Positions 63,663 through 64,000 of a stretch of 64,000 bases of DNA are shown here, piece by piece. Position numbers and translations under genes: made by a program. Location: positions 58,056-122,055 of the forward strand of contig DJLZ01000001.1 of NCBI GenBank assembly GCA_002436405.1, read 5' to 3'. The number at the start of each line of letters is the position of its first letter. Positions within the stretch are counted from its first letter, which is position 1. This DNA comes from Proteobacteria bacterium UBA6503 (GTDB lineage: Bacteria > Pseudomonadota > Alphaproteobacteria > UBA1280 > UBA6503). A model generated the notes under the pieces. That model did not search any database. It was not told where the DNA came from and saw only the letters and a program-made list of their open reading frames with translations.

Positions 63663-63727
63663 AGTCAACTCCATGATTTGAGCAAAGGAAAAAGAGAAAG
63701 AGGAAAACAGTTAGAAAGAGAATAAGT
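63663..63727 (-). promoter_or_regulatory. Pyrimidine-rich 5' leader, copy 3 of 3 (in front of the AAA+ gene)
   Basis: The minus strand reads CACTTATTCTCTTTCTAACTGTTTTCCTCTTTCTCTTTTTCCTTTGCTCAAATCATGGAGTTGACT then ATG. Confidence 0.5.
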
Positions 63728-63744
63728 GTGGGTTAAATAAGAGA

Positions 63745-63766
63745 GGGCGGGATTTTCATCCCGCCC
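63745..63766 (-). terminator. Hairpin upstream of the AAA+ leader, probable terminator of the gene entering from the right window edge
   Basis: GGGCGGGA / TCCCGCCC 8-bp stem with a 6-nt loop, followed on the minus strand by the T-rich CTCTCTTATTT. Confidence 0.45.
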
Positions 63767-64000
63767 CCAATAAGTTTAGCGCCGAGGCCGCAACTAAACC
63801 CGAAAAGTTAAAATTTAAGTTAACCGCCAGGGGCATTAACAAACCGCTAGGAAATAAGTTTCTTCAAAGCACAAGGCTAAGTGTCCGCTTATAACTTTGC
63901 AGCGCATCAATGGTACCCTTTTGAGCCTCACCCCATCCATCAAGGTTGGGAACGTCGCAGTTAACTGCCTGATGCCTCCCGCCGCTGCTTTTTGGCAGCT

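Noticed and set aside
60387-63674. Assignment of the AAA+/VWA pair to CobS/CobT or BchI/BchD chelatases, or to NorQ/NorD
   Set aside because: The acidic linker plus VWA is reminiscent of CobT/BchD. However, the ATPase lacks the CobS-type N-terminal extension as I remember it, the VWA-like protein has TM helices and an unrelated N-domain, and no chelatase large subunit or nor/cbb genes are nearby. I cannot confirm or exclude these assignments without HMMs.
63864-64000. Possible 3' end of a minus-strand gene entering from the right window edge (...AVNCDVPNLDGWGEAQKGTIDALQSYKRTLSLVL*)
   Set aside because: Only ~45 codons are visible, a second frame is also open, and no motif is recognisable. 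It is not reported as a feature, although the hairpin at 63745..63766 is consistent with a gene ending here.
1-64000. CRISPR arrays, rRNA operons, IS elements, prophage structural genes and toxin-antitoxin pairs
   Set aside because: Reading both strands, I found no regularly spaced direct repeats, rRNA-like segments, transposase or integrase motifs, or phage capsid/terminase-like ORFs.

Overview
This is a gene-dense 64-kb chromosomal segment with about 60 protein genes, one tRNA and RNase P RNA. I recognise no rRNA, CRISPR array, transposase or integrase. Gene content suggests a moderately AT-rich alphaproteobacterium, but that is inference only; the clues are the 7Fe ferredoxin fdxA, type-A rnpB, a long structured leader on an ornithine decarboxylase gene, NtrC/LuxR regulators and DUF4402-like fibre subunits.

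Backbone genes:
- putA (cut by the left window edge), an S66 LD-carboxypeptidase and ornithine decarboxylase
- glmU (N-domain only)-glmS, fdxA and argS
- indolepyruvate:ferredoxin oxidoreductase, two acyl-CoA dehydrogenases, a thiolase and a MaoC hydratase
- rpmG, xthA, a bolA-family gene, a sigma54 activator and an EAL protein
- rnpB, trpF, mntP, fumC, ampD and an ndk-like gene

Unusual content:
1. At 20.5-27.6 kb lies a non-canonical chaperone-usher-like fibre locus. It has three FimA-tailed DUF4402-like subunits, a PapD-like chaperone and a convergent 1282-aa usher-like protein with an N-terminal POTRA-like and Pro-rich extension.
2. At 60.4-63.7 kb lies a GC-rich, compositionally foreign pair: a MoxR-type AAA+ ATPase and a membrane-anchored, acidic-linker, VWA-like protein.
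3. Each of those two genes is a separate transcription unit with a paralogous pyrimidine-rich 5' leader. A third copy of the leader precedes a GC-rich oligopeptidase B gene at 47.7 kb.
4. Smaller items are a low-GC orphan HNH-motif gene, a histidine-kinase remnant beside an orphaned LuxR regulator, and an XRE-methyltransferase fusion broken by an in-frame amber codon behind a perfect 13-2-13 palindrome.

Hand-counted G+C in 100-nt samples: fumC 46, the HNH gene 38, the 42255 membrane gene 38, ptrB 61 and the AAA+ gene 63. All family assignments come from motif recognition by eye. No database or HMM search was possible.
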